Shown here in pieces: positions 1 through 12,796 of a stretch of DNA of 64,000 nucleotides; position 1 is the first letter of the stretch, and each line of letters starts with the position of its first letter. The DNA is taken from assembly GCA_052327205.1 (NCBI GenBank), contig CM126221.1, positions 57,598,001 to 57,662,000 on the forward strand, written 5' to 3'. Position numbers and translations under genes: made by a program. The notes beneath the pieces were generated by a model, which was given only the letters and a program-made list of their open reading frames with translations, was not told the origin of the DNA and ran no database searches. The DNA comes from Somniosus microcephalus. Lineage: Eukaryota.

Positions 1-741
1 CATACACAGACACACATGCGTGTATGTGTTAGCAAGGGAACACGCGCATTCTGTAGCCGCAGAGATTGTCCCTCTTAAATGCTGAGCTGGAGGATTAGGG
101 ATAATCGTTTTTGTTTGAATCCTTAGCTAAAAATTTCGTTTTAATTCTTGGTTAAAAATTACAAAAGAAAATATTTTCCAGCATCTTGGAGTTAAACCTT
201 AAACAACAGAATGTATCAGTTATATCTAAATTAGGGGTGCGCTTCCTACCCCTACATCAACTGGATGGGAATAAGTTGAACGGATCAGGTAATGGGATAT
301 AAATCCCGAAGAGGGATATAGCAGATTTTAAAAGCTATATATATATATATATAAATAATTGATTTGCTTCCATACCCACTTATATAACTATATATAAATA
401 GACGGGACACCAAATGAACAAACTCCTAAATAACTTAGTCATAAACATCAGTCACACCTATTTGTTCGGCAGTTTCCAGTGATAAAAAGTGTTGGCTTTT
501 TATCCCGCTGAATCCCTTACAATATTTGACCTTTTTTGGGGGGGGGAAGCCATTATGAGATTAGAAGCGGTCAGACTCGTTGAGCATTGCTGGTCTGATG
601 AGAAATTAGTTGCAGTGGGTTTTCAAAGGCGCCGCCTTAAGAAAACAATCGAGTTGTTAACATTGGTTCTGTACCCGCCGCAGTCCCGGGACTGAGAGGA
701 AAGCGTTTCTGTTGGGTTAGACTGGCCCTGCAAGAGGCAGC

Positions 742-770
742 ATTGGTGCTGACGTCAGAAGCGCCCAATA
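742..770. promoter_or_regulatory. Perfect CRE palindrome TGACGTCA flanked by two CCAAT boxes in a CpG-rich region
   Basis: cATTGGtgcTGACGTCAgaagcgcCCAATa. Confidence 0.45.
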
Positions 771-2624
771 ATCCGTTGGGGTAGAGTCTGATCCCACCAG
801 CTGTGGTCCTGAGGCTAGGATCAGGCTGCAGTGGGGCTGCGGTGCACAGACTGTGTCAAACCACTGAATGTAAGTGAGAGCAAGCGCGCCCCATCCCCAG
901 TCTAAAGCGGACGAGTGCCACGGATGCTGAAGAATCAAGTTCTCCCCCTCCCATAAGAAGAAAATTCCCCCCCCCCAAAAAAACATTACTCTTCAGATCC
1001 ACATTTTCCAACAACGACAAAATGAGAAAGGCACCCTGGTCGCCTTGGCTTGTTATCGATTTGGGGGAGGGTGGGAGGGAGAGGCGCATTTTGAGGGTTG
1101 TAGTCTGAAAATGGTGCATTTCTCAGCTTAACTTTGGGAGGGGGGGTGGGGGGGAGTGAGATCCGCCGTCTGAGGGCCGCCTTCCCTGGATCCAATAGTC
1201 GGTAACCGTCAGAGCCACCGCCAGTTATTGTCCAATCTTTTGTTTGGTGTCTGTGTGTGTCTGTGTGTGTTTCTCTCTCCAGGATGTTGAGGATCCGAAA
1301 AGACCAGATGGACCCGGAGCCACCTGGGACATTGCCCTACTTTCAACGCCCTCCCTTTAAACAGAGAGACGCACAGGAGGACAAGGACCCGCAATCTGGA
1401 TCTCCTCTCGCCCGGACTGGAAAGTGGTTCACCTTTTTTTTTAAAAAAACCTAAAAATTAAGAGACCGAAATCCGACTCGTTAAGCAGCCGATTGCGATC
1501 CCAAAGTAGGAGAGGCGCTTCCAGTGAGGATGTGAGGCAGAAGGTCTCCGGCTGGCGAACAGGTAACAAGCGGGCAGACAAAACGGAGCAAATATTGACA
1601 GCGCAGCGCTGGCGGAAAGCGGGCTGCGCCCCGGGGTTGGGGAAGGGAAGCGAAGATTCGGTTCTCGCTCTCCGTGTTCACGGCGGACCTTGATTTAATA
1701 TCATACAATTAAGGCACGCGGTGAATGCCAAGGGAGGAATCGAAAAACGACCTTGAAATAATGCATTGCTCGAAATAATGCAAGACTAAGTTGCGTGGCA
1801 AGCTGGTAAGACAATTATATGCAAAATATTGCTCACTAAAAGTATTGAATGTGTTTATAGAATAGAGGGGGCTGTTAAATGTATTGGTGCACGGACAGTA
1901 TGGAGAGAAATAAATCGTGGATACATTTATACTGCCCTTGGTGAACTTGTAATCATATTAACTGATGCGTTTTCTACATGGTTTGCAAACCTGCCTGTGA
2001 GTTGAAGCAGGTTATACCGAGTGCCCCAACACAGCCGCCTGATGTCCCAACATGTATTTTTGACTGCAGACCGTGAAACAACAGATTCCCGAGGTTCGGT
2101 TGTCACGCTGGGTCTGTGCGATAGAAAGCGCCGGGTGTTAATCGGTGCCTATCCGTGTCCGCGTCCCGATTGCTTTCCTTGAAGGGAGTCGGAGCATGTT
2201 TTTGCGGCCGGGATGGTGGCGCAGGGCCGGGAGGGCGAAATCTGCCCACAGCTCCAACCGGTTCCATGGGATCTGGCCGGGAATTCTCGGACCAACAGTC
2301 CGGCGATTTTAAATGGACGCATTTATTAATGTGATATTTCTATTTGAATTACATACATGTAAAGAGAGATTGCATTAATGCATACAAAACATCTGTATAT
2401 ATATGGTCAGCAAGGATTTATAATCCAAACAATGCAGTTAAATCGAGAATTGATTTGGAAATCATCTTCCATCTATATTCGTGCGGATTATATTATCTCA
2501 GGAAAATTAAACCGGGAAAATATTCAGCAGTTGAGCTCCTTCAAAGTTAATCTATTTGAAGGGATTTTGTTCCCGTGTGTTTGAGATTTACCCTGAGTCA
2601 GTGACAGACGGAGGCGCATCAATG

Positions 2625-3035
2625 ACCACACACACAGGCACACACACATATACAGAGGCTCACGCACACACACAGGCACACACACATACACACACAATCA
2701 GGCACACACTCAGGCACACTCACAGGCACACACACAGGCTCACACAGANNNNNNNNNNNNNNNNNNNNNNNNNNNNNNNNNNNNNNNNNNNNNNNNNNNN
2801 NNNNNNNNNNNNNNNNNNNNNNNNNNNNNNNNNNNNNNNNNNNNNNNNNNNNNNNNNNNNNNNNNNNNNNNNNNNNNNNNNNNNNNNNNNNNNNNNNNNN
2901 NNNNNNNNNNNNNNNNNNNNNNNNNNNNNNNNNNNNNNNNNNNNCAGACAGGCTCACACACAAACACACACACTCATGCACTCATTCACAGACACACGGA
3001 CACATGCAGACACACACATGCAGACACACACAGTC
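2625..3035. repeat. Compound (CA)n-rich microsatellite spanning an assembly gap
   Basis: cacacacagg-type units on both sides of the N run. Confidence 0.9.
2749..2944. other. Assembly gap (N run)
   Basis: Run of n characters. Confidence 0.99.
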
Positions 3036-4402
3036 AGCTGCCGAAACAGTGTCAACTTCACAATCTGAATGCGGTTATTAAATGTATTTGTTAAATTCTC
3101 AGCCCAAGATCCCGGTCCCGCCGCTTTGTTCACAGGTAGCTCCACACGCCACTTCATCACAACTTAACATTGTGAATTAGGAAAAAGGATTTGAAATGTA
3201 TTTGCAATGATTTTTTTCTAAGTTTTAATCATAAATACATTTAACGTAATCGAAATTATAATGCTGGAGGCGCTTGTAGGATGGCGCAAACGCTGGCCGC
3301 TCTTTGGGTTTTAAAGGTATTTCTATTTAATTCTACCCCCCCCCCCCCCCAACACACACACACACACACTGCGCTGAATTGACCAGATAATTACACAAAA
3401 CTAAAAGGGGCAATTTAACATGGGAATTATATCCGCCCCAGGTCAAGGGCGGTTATGGGTTGGCCACAGATCGTTTCGAATAGTTAACGCTAGTTCAGAG
3501 TGATTACTGATCTTTAAAAGTAAATCTGGTGCTAGTATTCTCAAATATACAAATGGGATCTTTACCCAGCGGATACAAAGCGGCCCAGGTTGGCCGAGTC
3601 TTGCTCAGATTGGTATCAGTGTCCGCAAAGCGCGCCCCGGCACAGGCCGGGCATTGGGGGCGGATTCATATCTTCAAACTACATTACAATTTCGATTAAG
3701 TTAAATGTATTTATGATTCAAATAATTGTACGTGCAATTAATTAATGTATATACACCATATCCCGACTTGTCCTGGACGGGCTGTGCCGGGTCTGGTCAA
3801 TCAAGAATGAGATGTCCCGGGGCGAGGTTCTGCCTTTAGTGAGTGCATTTAAGGACAAGAAGGAAATTCGCATCGAACGAGATTTTAACGTGGATAAATA
3901 TGTTGATATACCTGGAGACTGGTCGTGTACATAATTTATATGTTAATATTCAGTTATGTTTTAGGACAGATTGGACAGGCACCGGTAAACCGGCGAACCC
4001 AGGGCGTAAATCGTTTCCGCTGGTTCCAAGTATCCTTCAGAACCGTGTTCAATGACAAAGCAAAGTCTAAGATTTTCCGACCTGAAGCTTTTGATCTCAA
4101 CGCACAGCGCAATTGGACTTTTAACTCAACATCAATTTATTAGATTTCCTCTGTTTTGCACGAAGTTTTATTCGTCGCAATATTAAATACGATTATAGAG
4201 GAGATTTACTAAAGGACAAAAACCAACACACGCACAGGATGATACAGGTTCCGTTCTGGGATTGGTATCTGCTTTGACTGAGATTTTGATTATTTTGCAA
4301 TTTGCCTCAACTTTAGTCCTAACCTTAACCCTAATCACATGGGCCACTCACTACTAAACCCAATTCAGCATGAACTCCAGGCCAATCACTAACAACCCAG
4401 TT

Positions 4403-5416
4403 AACATAGAAACATAGAAACATAGAGATAGGAACAGGAGTAGGCCATTCGGCCCTTCGAGCCTGCTCCGCCATTCAATGAGATCATGGCTGATCTTCAT
4501 CTGAGATCTTAGCTGATCTTACCAGTTCAGTACCCCGTCCCCGCCTTTTCTCCGTAACCCTTAATCCCCTTAGCCTTCAGAAATATATCCAATTCTCTCT
4601 TGAAAATATTTATTGAATTAGCCTTCACAGCCCTCTGTGGCAGGGAATTCCACAGGCTCACCACTCTTTGAGTGAAGAAATTCTTCCTCATCTCTGTTTT
4701 AAATGATTTGCCCGCTATTTTTAGACTGTGGCCCCTGGTTCTGTGCTCCCCTGCCATTGGAAACATTCTCTCTGAATTCAGCCTGTCCAGGCCTGCCATA
4801 ATTTTATATGTTTCGATGAGATCCCCTCTCAATCTTCTAAACTCCAGTGAGTACAAGCCCAAACTATTCAATCTCTCCTCGTAGGTCATTCCCGCCATTC
4901 CAGGTATCAGCCTGGTGAATCGCCGCTGCACTCTTTCCATGGCAAGAACATCCTTCCGCAGATGGGGCGACCAAAACTGTACACAATACTCCAGATGCGG
5001 TCTCACCAGCACCTTGTACAGCTGTAGTAAGGTATCCCTATTCCTATACTCGAACCCCCTTGATATGAAGGCCAACATACCATTTGCCTTCTTAATCGCC
5101 TGTTGCACCTGCATGCTCTCCTTCAGTGACTGGTGCACAAGAACACCCAGGTCCCTCTGCACTTCCCCATCTCCCAATCTATTGCCATTTAGATAATAAT
5201 CTACCCTCCTGTTTTTACCCCCAAAGTGGATAACCTCGCATTTATCCACATTATAGTGCATCTGCCACGTATCCGCCCATTCCCCCAACCTGTCCAAATC
5301 GCACTGTAGCCTCCTGACATCCTCATCAGAGCCCACCCCTCCTCCTAGTTTAGTGTCGTCAGCGAATTTGGAAATATTGCATCCAATTCCCTGATCCAGA
5401 TCATTTATATATATTT
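4403..5416 (-). mobile_element. Young 5'-truncated CR1 LINE (RT C-terminus plus 3' UTR)
   Basis: Uninterrupted ORF 4527..5336 (LVRPHLEYCVQFWSP, RRLRGDLIETYKI, FFTQRVVSLWNSLP). Upstream FADDTKL and YINDLD are visible; tail is (CTATGTTT)n. Confidence 0.95.
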
Positions 5417-5421
5417 ATAAA

Positions 5422-6740
5422 TCATTCTTACTCTCACCATTAACCTCAACCCCACCATTAATCCAACCCCATCACCTGTCCCAGCCCTATCACTAACCCT
5501 AACTCCATCAGTAATCCCAACCCCATCACCTGCCCCAGCCCAATCACTAACCCTAACCCCATCGGTAATCCCAACCCCATCACCTGTCCCAGCCCCATCA
5601 CTAACCCTAGCCCCATCGTTAATTCCCAACCCCATCACCTGTCCCAGCCCAATCACTAACCCTAACTCCATCAGTAATCCCAACCCCATCACCTGCCCCA
5701 GCCCAATCACTAACCCTAACCCCATCGGTAATCCCAACCCCATCACCTGTCCCAGCCCCATCACTAACCCTAGCCCCATCGTTAATTCCCAACCCCATCA
5801 CCTGCCCCAGCCCAATCACTAACCCTAACCCCATCGGTAATCCCAACCCCATCACCTGCCCCAGCCCAATCACTAACCCTAACCCCATCGGTAATCCCAA
5901 CCCCATCACCTGTCCCAGCCCCATCACTAACCCTAGCCCCATCGTTAATTCCCAACCCCATCACCTGCCCCAGCCCTATCACTAACCCTAACCCCATTGT
6001 TAATCCAACCCCATCACCTGTCCCAGCCCCATCACTAACCCTAACCCCATCGTTAATCCCAACCCCATCACCTGTCCCAGCCCTATCACTAACCCTAACC
6101 CCATCGTTAATCCCAACCCCATCACCTGCCCCAGCCCAATCACTAACCCTAACCCCAATGTTAATCCCAACCCCATCACCTGTCCCAGCCCTATCACTAA
6201 CCCTAACCCCATCGTTAATCCCAACCCCATCACCTGCCCCAGCCCTATCACTAACCCTAACTCCATCAGTAATCCCAACCCATCACCTGCCCCAGCCCAA
6301 TCACTAACCCTAACCCCATCAGTAACCCAACCCCATCACCTGCCCCAGCCCAATCACTAACCCTAACCCCATCGTTAATCCCAACCCCATCACCTGCCCC
6401 AGCCCAATCACTAACCCTAACCCCATCGTTAATCCCAACCCCATCACCTGTCCCAGCCCAATCACTAACCCTAGCCCCATCGTTAATCCCAACCCCATCA
6501 CCTGTCCCAGCCCTATCACTAACCCTAAACCCATCGTTAATCCCAACCCCATCACCTGTCCCAGCCCTATCACTAACCCTAACCCCATCGTTAATCCCAA
6601 CCCCATCACCTGTCCCAGCCCTTTCACTAACCCTAACCCCATCGGTAATCCCAACCCCATCACCTGTCCCAGCCCGTTCGCTAACCTAAACCTTACCACT
6701 GAGCCTAGCCCAAACCCTAACACTGTTCCTCTAATCCCAA
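5422..6740. repeat. 54-bp minisatellite built from nine CCCTAA-like hexamers (degenerate telomere-like array)
   Basis: Unit cccatc acctgc cccagc ccaatc actaac cctaac cccatc ggtaat cccaac, about 22 copies. Confidence 0.93.
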
Positions 6741-6834
6741 TATTGGCCTATACTCTACATATACAGGGCCCGGCTTAATCCTGCAGTAAGCAGAGGTGAA
6801 CCGTTTATTGCAATTCTCATCACTTTCAAGAAAA

Positions 6835-7130
6835 AAATGACAAAGTATTACAGCACAGAAACAGGCCATTCGGCCCAACAGGCCTATGCTGGCGTTTATG
6901 ATCCACACGAGCCTCCTCCCATCCTACTTCATCAGACCCCATCAGCTTCTATTCCTTCCTTCCTCATGTGTTTATCTAGATTCCCCTTTAATGCAGCAAT
7001 GTTATTCGCCTCAACTATTCCCTGTGGTAGTGAGTTCCACATTCTCACCACTCTCTGGGTGAAGAAGTTTCTCCTGAATTCCCTATTGGATTTATTAGTG
7101 ACTATCTTATATTTATGCCCCCAAGTGTTA
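6835..7130 (-). mobile_element. CR1 LINE 3' fragment
   Basis: ORF 6932..7150 with RRNFFTQRVVRMWNSLP, plus ggccattcggccc 3' UTR. Confidence 0.85.
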
Positions 7131-8189
7131 AATGCCACTTTAACACGCATAGTCTCCCTTTACAAACCTTCTACATTTATCACTTATTTTCACTTATAGA
7201 TCCCCGACAAAGCAGCGCCTAAAGACAATTTTACACACTTCCCAGGCCAGGTCAATCCGGCCTCACAATAAGCCGCCCTTCCTTCTAAAGTGCGGGATCG
7301 GCCCCGCCAATCGAGACTCTGCCGGTTCCGCCCCGGTTGGTGGAGAAGCAACACAAGGATCGCCAATTCTCCCGCACTTTTTGCAGTAAGAGGGTTATTT
7401 GTATTCAGCCGGGTTTGCAGACTGCTCCTGGACACAGCCAGTTTGGCGCCGTCCTTTTTAAAAAGCGCAATCTCAGACTATTTTGCGCAGATCTTGCGCA
7501 CGGATCTCTGAGCTTTCGAGACTCGTTCACTGTCCCAAACTATTTCTATGCACACCTGTATCTCGGGGTATCCGGACCCACACCCTTGCATTCAGTATAT
7601 TTCCCTCTAGTCTGTACATTTCAGTACTGGAATTTTTCTGTATACTGACCGGTGTATTTCGGGATGACTATTCCTTGTATCGAATCCACTCGGTTTCTCT
7701 TGGCTGGCACCGCTTGTGCCCTTAAACCGAAGACTCTCAGTACAGGGGTCGCCTCTCTATTCTGTTCCACCTGCTCCTCAGTCCCGACTCTCCCTCAGGG
7801 GGACCAGCTCCTGACACCATCCTACTCTGTAAGAGAGGCAAACAGAAAAGGGAATACAAAATAACTATTTTATCAACGACAAAACATTCTAAACTCTTCA
7901 TTTTGTCAATCCGCCCTCCTCCCTAAGCCTAGTGTGAATCTGAACACCTTCGTTCAGGGTATTCCAAAAAAGGGAAATAATGGGTTCATTAAATACAGAG
8001 GGTGGGGGCAGGATGGGACCAGAAGGGAACAGAAACAAGCGACAAGGAAAAAATCAATTCAACAAGCCAAGACTGGGGTCTTAGCGTCAGTTTTACGTTA
8101 TAATTATAGGACATTCCGTGTGCCCAGTCTTACTGCTAATTCCAGTTTCCACACAACCCACTCTAGGGAGCAATATATGGGGAATGTTA

Positions 8190-8340
8190 CACCTGCCCCA
8201 CACTCGCTTAAAAACCTGTTCCATCTCCAACTTTTTCCAGTTCTGACGAAGGGTCATCGACCTAAACGTTAACTCTGTTTCTCTCTCCACAGATGCTGCC
8301 TGACCTGCTGAGTGTTTCCAGCATTTTCTGTTTTTATTAT
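8190..8340 (+). mobile_element. Penelope-like element terminal fragment with decayed minimal hammerhead motif
   Basis: Close match to 63510-63650, which follows a GIY-YIG ORF; CTGACGA-stem-(G)AAACGTT layout. Confidence 0.75.
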
Positions 8341-8519
8341 GGGGAATCTTTGCTACTCTTATGGCGTAAGATTTTTTATAGAACACACAGAGAAGCGGGG
8401 TGGAAGAGCTAAAGATAGATACAGTTTAAATAAGATATTGCGGGGTAATTGGTTCGTTTGTTTCTGATGGAATGTCACCACAGTGGCGAGTTTTGTACAG
8501 TTACATCACAAAAAAACTG

Positions 8520-8680
8520 TAACACAGGAGCAGGAGGAGACCATTCAGCCCCTCGAGCCTGTTCCACCATTCAGTTAGATCACGGCTAACCTGGATCTCA
8601 ACTCCACCCACCCGCCTTGGTTCCCCCATCCCTTAATACCCTTACCTAAACAAATCTATCAACCGGAGTCTTGAAATTGA
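8520..8680 (-). mobile_element. CR1 3' end
   Basis: ggagcaggaggagaccattcagcccctcgagcctg tail shared with other copies. Confidence 0.75.
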
Positions 8681-9274
8681 AACTGCTCATGGAGCTTCCC
8701 TGTGAGGGATGTTTGCAGAGTCGCCGGAATTACCAGCAGAAACAAATCTTTCCGAGTGCAGTTCTCATGTCCCTAACACATATTAACGAGAGGGATTCTT
8801 CCAAATGCGCTTTCAGAACATTTGTGCAGTTTCACTAGAACTAGAAAACGGTGCTATATTTCGGACAGCGGTGACAGCCATCAGAGGGAACAGCTTTGCA
8901 TCCCAGCAGTGGTATGCCATTGACCCAAAACCACGGGCGATTGAAATACTACCACTTTACCCAAATATACCGAGTACTGATGGCAACAGACTCTTAAAGC
9001 AATTCTGTGCCTTTGTTCCCATAGCCTCATTGGACTGGAGTGTGTGTCAGAGGTTTGGTTCTAGCACTTTAGGGCCGATTCTGCAATCTGTACCTCTTGT
9101 CCAGTGATGCTCCACGTCGGGAGAGGAGCCTGGCCGATTGATCCCACATCGGCCAAGGTTGGGCTGATGCACCAATAGTTCCACTAGCATGCAGTACGTT
9201 AAAAAAAAAATAACCTGAGAGATACTACGGACCCTGCAGAACAGTGTCAGTGCATTTAGAAATGCTTAATTAAT

Positions 9275-9460
9275 TAATGGATTGCTGAAGCGAATAGATG
9301 CATTTAAGGGGAAGCTGGATAAGCACATGAGGGAGAAATTAATAGAAGGATATGTTGATGGGGTTAGATGAAGAAGGGTGGCTCGTGTGGAGCATTAACC
9401 CCAGCATGGACCTGTTAGGCAGAATGGCCTGTTTGTGTGCTGTAAATACTATGTAATACT
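9275..9460 (+). mobile_element. CR1 3' end
   Basis: gcatttaaggggaagctggataagcacatgagggag ... gaatggcctgttt. Confidence 0.75.
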
Positions 9461-9724
9461 GTGTAATTGCTACATACAGGGTCGCATATAGCAACTGGCG
9501 GAATATAGATCTATTATATTTTCTTATATATAGCATGCACTTATGTAACTGTCACATTTACTTCCTGTAATACTTTCCCTGTAACACTTTCCTCATCACC
9601 AGTTATTGATAACACTCTATTGTTATAAAGCAGCCTACCTGCTGAGATCTGTGCATACATGCATATTCTGTGCACAGTTCCTGTCAACTTACTCCATTAT
9701 AAATTATAATGTTCATATTTATAA

Positions 9725-10900
9725 TGGAGGTGAGAGTGACTGCCCTTGACATCAAGGCAGCATTTGACCGAGTGTGACATCAAGGAGCCCTAGTAAAACT
9801 GAAGTCAATGGGAATCAGGGGGAAAACTCTCCACTGGCTGGAGTCGTACCTAGCACAAAGGAAGATGGTTGTGGTGGTTGGAGGTCAATCATCACAGCCC
9901 CAGGACATTGCGGCAGGAGTTCCTCAGGGCAGTGTCCTAGGCCTAACCATCTTCAGCTGCTTCATTAATGATCTTCCCTCCATCATAAGGTCAGAAATGG
10001 GGATGTTCACTGATGACTGCACAGTGTTCAGTGCGCAACTCCTCAGATTATGAAGCAGTCCATGCCCGCATGCAGCAAAACCTGGACGACGTTCAGGCTT
10101 GGGCTGATAGGTGGCAGGTAACATTCGTGCCACACAAGTGCCAGGCAATGACTATCTCCAACAAGCGAGCATCTAACCACCTCCCCTTGACATTCAACGG
10201 CATTACCATTGCTGAATCCCCCATCATCAACATCCTGGGGGTCCCATTGACCAGAAACTTAACTGGACCAGCCACATAAATGCTGTGGCAACAAGAGCAG
10301 GTCAGAGGCTGGGTATTCTATGGCGAGTTTCTCCCCTCCTGACTCCCCAAAGCCTTTCCACCATCTACAAGGTACAAGTAAGGAGTGTGATGGAATACTC
10401 TTCACTTGCCTGGATGAGTGCAGCTCTAACAACACTCAAGAAGCTCGTCACCATCCAAGACAAAGCAGCCTCTTGATTGGCACCCCATCCACCACCTTAA
10501 ATATTCACTCCCTCCACCACCGGCGTACCGTGGCTGCAGTGTGTACCATCTACAAGATGCACTGCAGCAACTCACCAAGGCTTCTTCAGCAGCACCTCCC
10601 AAACCCTTGACCTCTTCCACCTAGAAGGATAAGGGCAGTAGGCACATGGGAACACCACCACCTCCAAGTTCCCCTCCAAGTCACACACCATCCTGACCTG
10701 GAAGTATATCGCCGATCCTTCATCGTCGCTGGGTCAAAATCCTGGAACTCCCTTCCTAACAGCACTGTGGGAGTACCTTCACCACATGGACTGCAGCAGT
10801 TCAAGAAGGTGCTCACCACAACCTTCTCAAGGGCAACGAGGGATGGCCAATAAATGCTGGCCTTGCCAGCAACGCCCACATCCCATGAAGGAATAAAAAA
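9725..10900 (+). mobile_element. Decayed non-LTR retrotransposon of the CR1/L2 group (second family), RT 3' half and 3' end
   Basis: Frameshifted ORFs with ALDIKAAFDRV, GVPQGSVLG..F..FINDLP, FTDD, WADRWQVTF and QVRSVMEY; 3' end ggccaataaatgctggccttgccagc. Confidence 0.88.
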
Positions 10901-12044
10901 CCTCTAATGTGTCACACTTTCCTGCCAGTGGAGGCAGTGCTGCCACTACTGGTGGGATGGTGCAATTACAGCGTGACAACTTTACACAGGCAGGTTCCAT
11001 TATTAAAGTGGACGTGGAGATTTATAATGGAAATATAAAAGTAAGGATGGAATGTATGACTTTAAACTGGGGACTGGTCCCATTATCGCCATCCTCTAGC
11101 CCTGCTTCACTGGAATATCTATTATTCACACAGAGCAAATGCTAATAAATAAACTATGAAAATCACGTTGCACATTCTGCTGCTGTTTCCTGGATGCTTT
11201 TGTGCAGTAGATATACGTCGGAGTTTAAGATAAATTATTTCGCGTGATACCCAGATTAACCAAATAGCCAAGAATTTTCCAAGTATAAATGTTAAATACT
11301 TTTTGTGGCCAAACGAAGTCAGCACATGCAATTTTGTTATTCTGTGTATTTTTTTCTGTTCTCTCTCTCTTGCTTTGGATGTAGATTTCCATCAGGAACT
11401 GAATAAATGCATAAATGTATGGAACCCGTGATAGAATGGGCTCCCCGAGGGCTGCAAGCAGTCAAAGTCAGTTTACAGACTGAGAATATCTGACTCGTTT
11501 ATTTTTAATATTTGCATATCCATCAATCAGGGTTGGGACGCTGTTTTCCTCCCTCAATTTTTCCCTCTAGATTCACGCTCTATTCTATACAATTCAGCGC
11601 CAAAGATCCGGATCGCTGTTTTTTTTCCCGCACACACACAGAAACAGGTGCAGACAACAAACGCCAGGCGTTTTCGCAATTTCCTTTCAAAGCTTTACTC
11701 GCCGCGGTGGGTTATCCATATTTATAACGGCGGATGTGTCCTGGGGTTTGATGGACCGTATCTCTGCTCGCTCTCCTGGGGAAGTGACTGTCCCGTGGGA
11801 GCAGTTTGAGGTTTTGAGCCCAGAATCACATCAAAAACAGCTGCGTTTGGGCCGCAGTTAATTAAAATATTTCACATCGTCTTGAAAGTATATATATTAA
11901 AAAAATCAGTAATCCTCCATTTCAAATTTGACTATTTTGTGGGAATAACGCACTTTCTGAACAATGCGGTCTCGAGCATGTGACTTGCTGGTTGCGATTG
12001 TTTGATTCCATATTTAATGTTTACATACTGTAATAAAACAGTTA

Positions 12045-12290
12045 TAGAATTATAGAATGACACAGCACAGAAGGAGGCCATTCGGCCCATCATGCCTGTG
12101 CCGGCTCTTTGAAAGAGCTGTCCAATTAGCCCCACTCCCCCTGCTCTTCCCCTATAGTGCTGCAAATATTTCCCCTTCAAGTATTTATCCAATTCCCTTT
12201 TGAAAGTTATTATTGAATTTGCTTCCACCGCCCTTTCAGGCAGCGCGTTCCAGATCACAACAACTCACTGCATAAAAATAATTCTCCTTT
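12045..12290 (-). mobile_element. CR1 3' fragment
   Basis: ORF 11932..12258 with IWNALPERAVEANSIITFKRELDKYL. Confidence 0.85.
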
Positions 12291-12796
12291 TCCCTACAAT
12301 CCCCCGTCTTTCCTGGAGGTGCTGATTTATCCCGCTGTGCGGTTCTAAGGACTTTCTGGTACCCAACCCAATTCAGCCATTCTTCATGCATGAGCTTGCG
12401 CAGCGAGTGCTGATCTTGGAATGGGAGGCTATTCGCACAGAGGGCATCACAGGCAAGCTCAATCCTGTTCTCACCCGAAAGGTGCACTTTCCACGGTGGG
12501 GTGGGGGGTCACCAGGTCGGGAGCAGAAATCCTGGATGATTTACTCTTCCCTATCCCAGGGATGATGAAGTCCATTGTAGGGAAATTAAAGTCACACAGT
12601 TGGTCAGCTAATTCAACATGGATCAGGAATCAAACCTGTATTGCGCTGGGCCGTGAATAACTTTTTTAAAATGAGATATTGAAGATCACACTTGCTTAAA
12701 GAGTACTGAGGGGCAAGATTTACTGTTTAAGGGGTTCTGAGGGCGAGGGGACACTTGCTAGTTACAAGATACTGAGAGACGACACTTACTGTACAA

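Noticed and set aside
743-753. REST/RE1 sites (TCAGCACCA here; AGACAGCGCC at about 19424-19432)
   Set aside because: Only isolated half-sites; no full 21-bp RE1.
2556-3068. His/Thr-rich ORF
   Set aside because: Translation of a CA microsatellite across an N gap.
5405-6723. Gly/Leu repeat ORFs (MGLGLVIGLGQV)
   Set aside because: Translation of the telomere-like hexamer array, broken by frameshifts.
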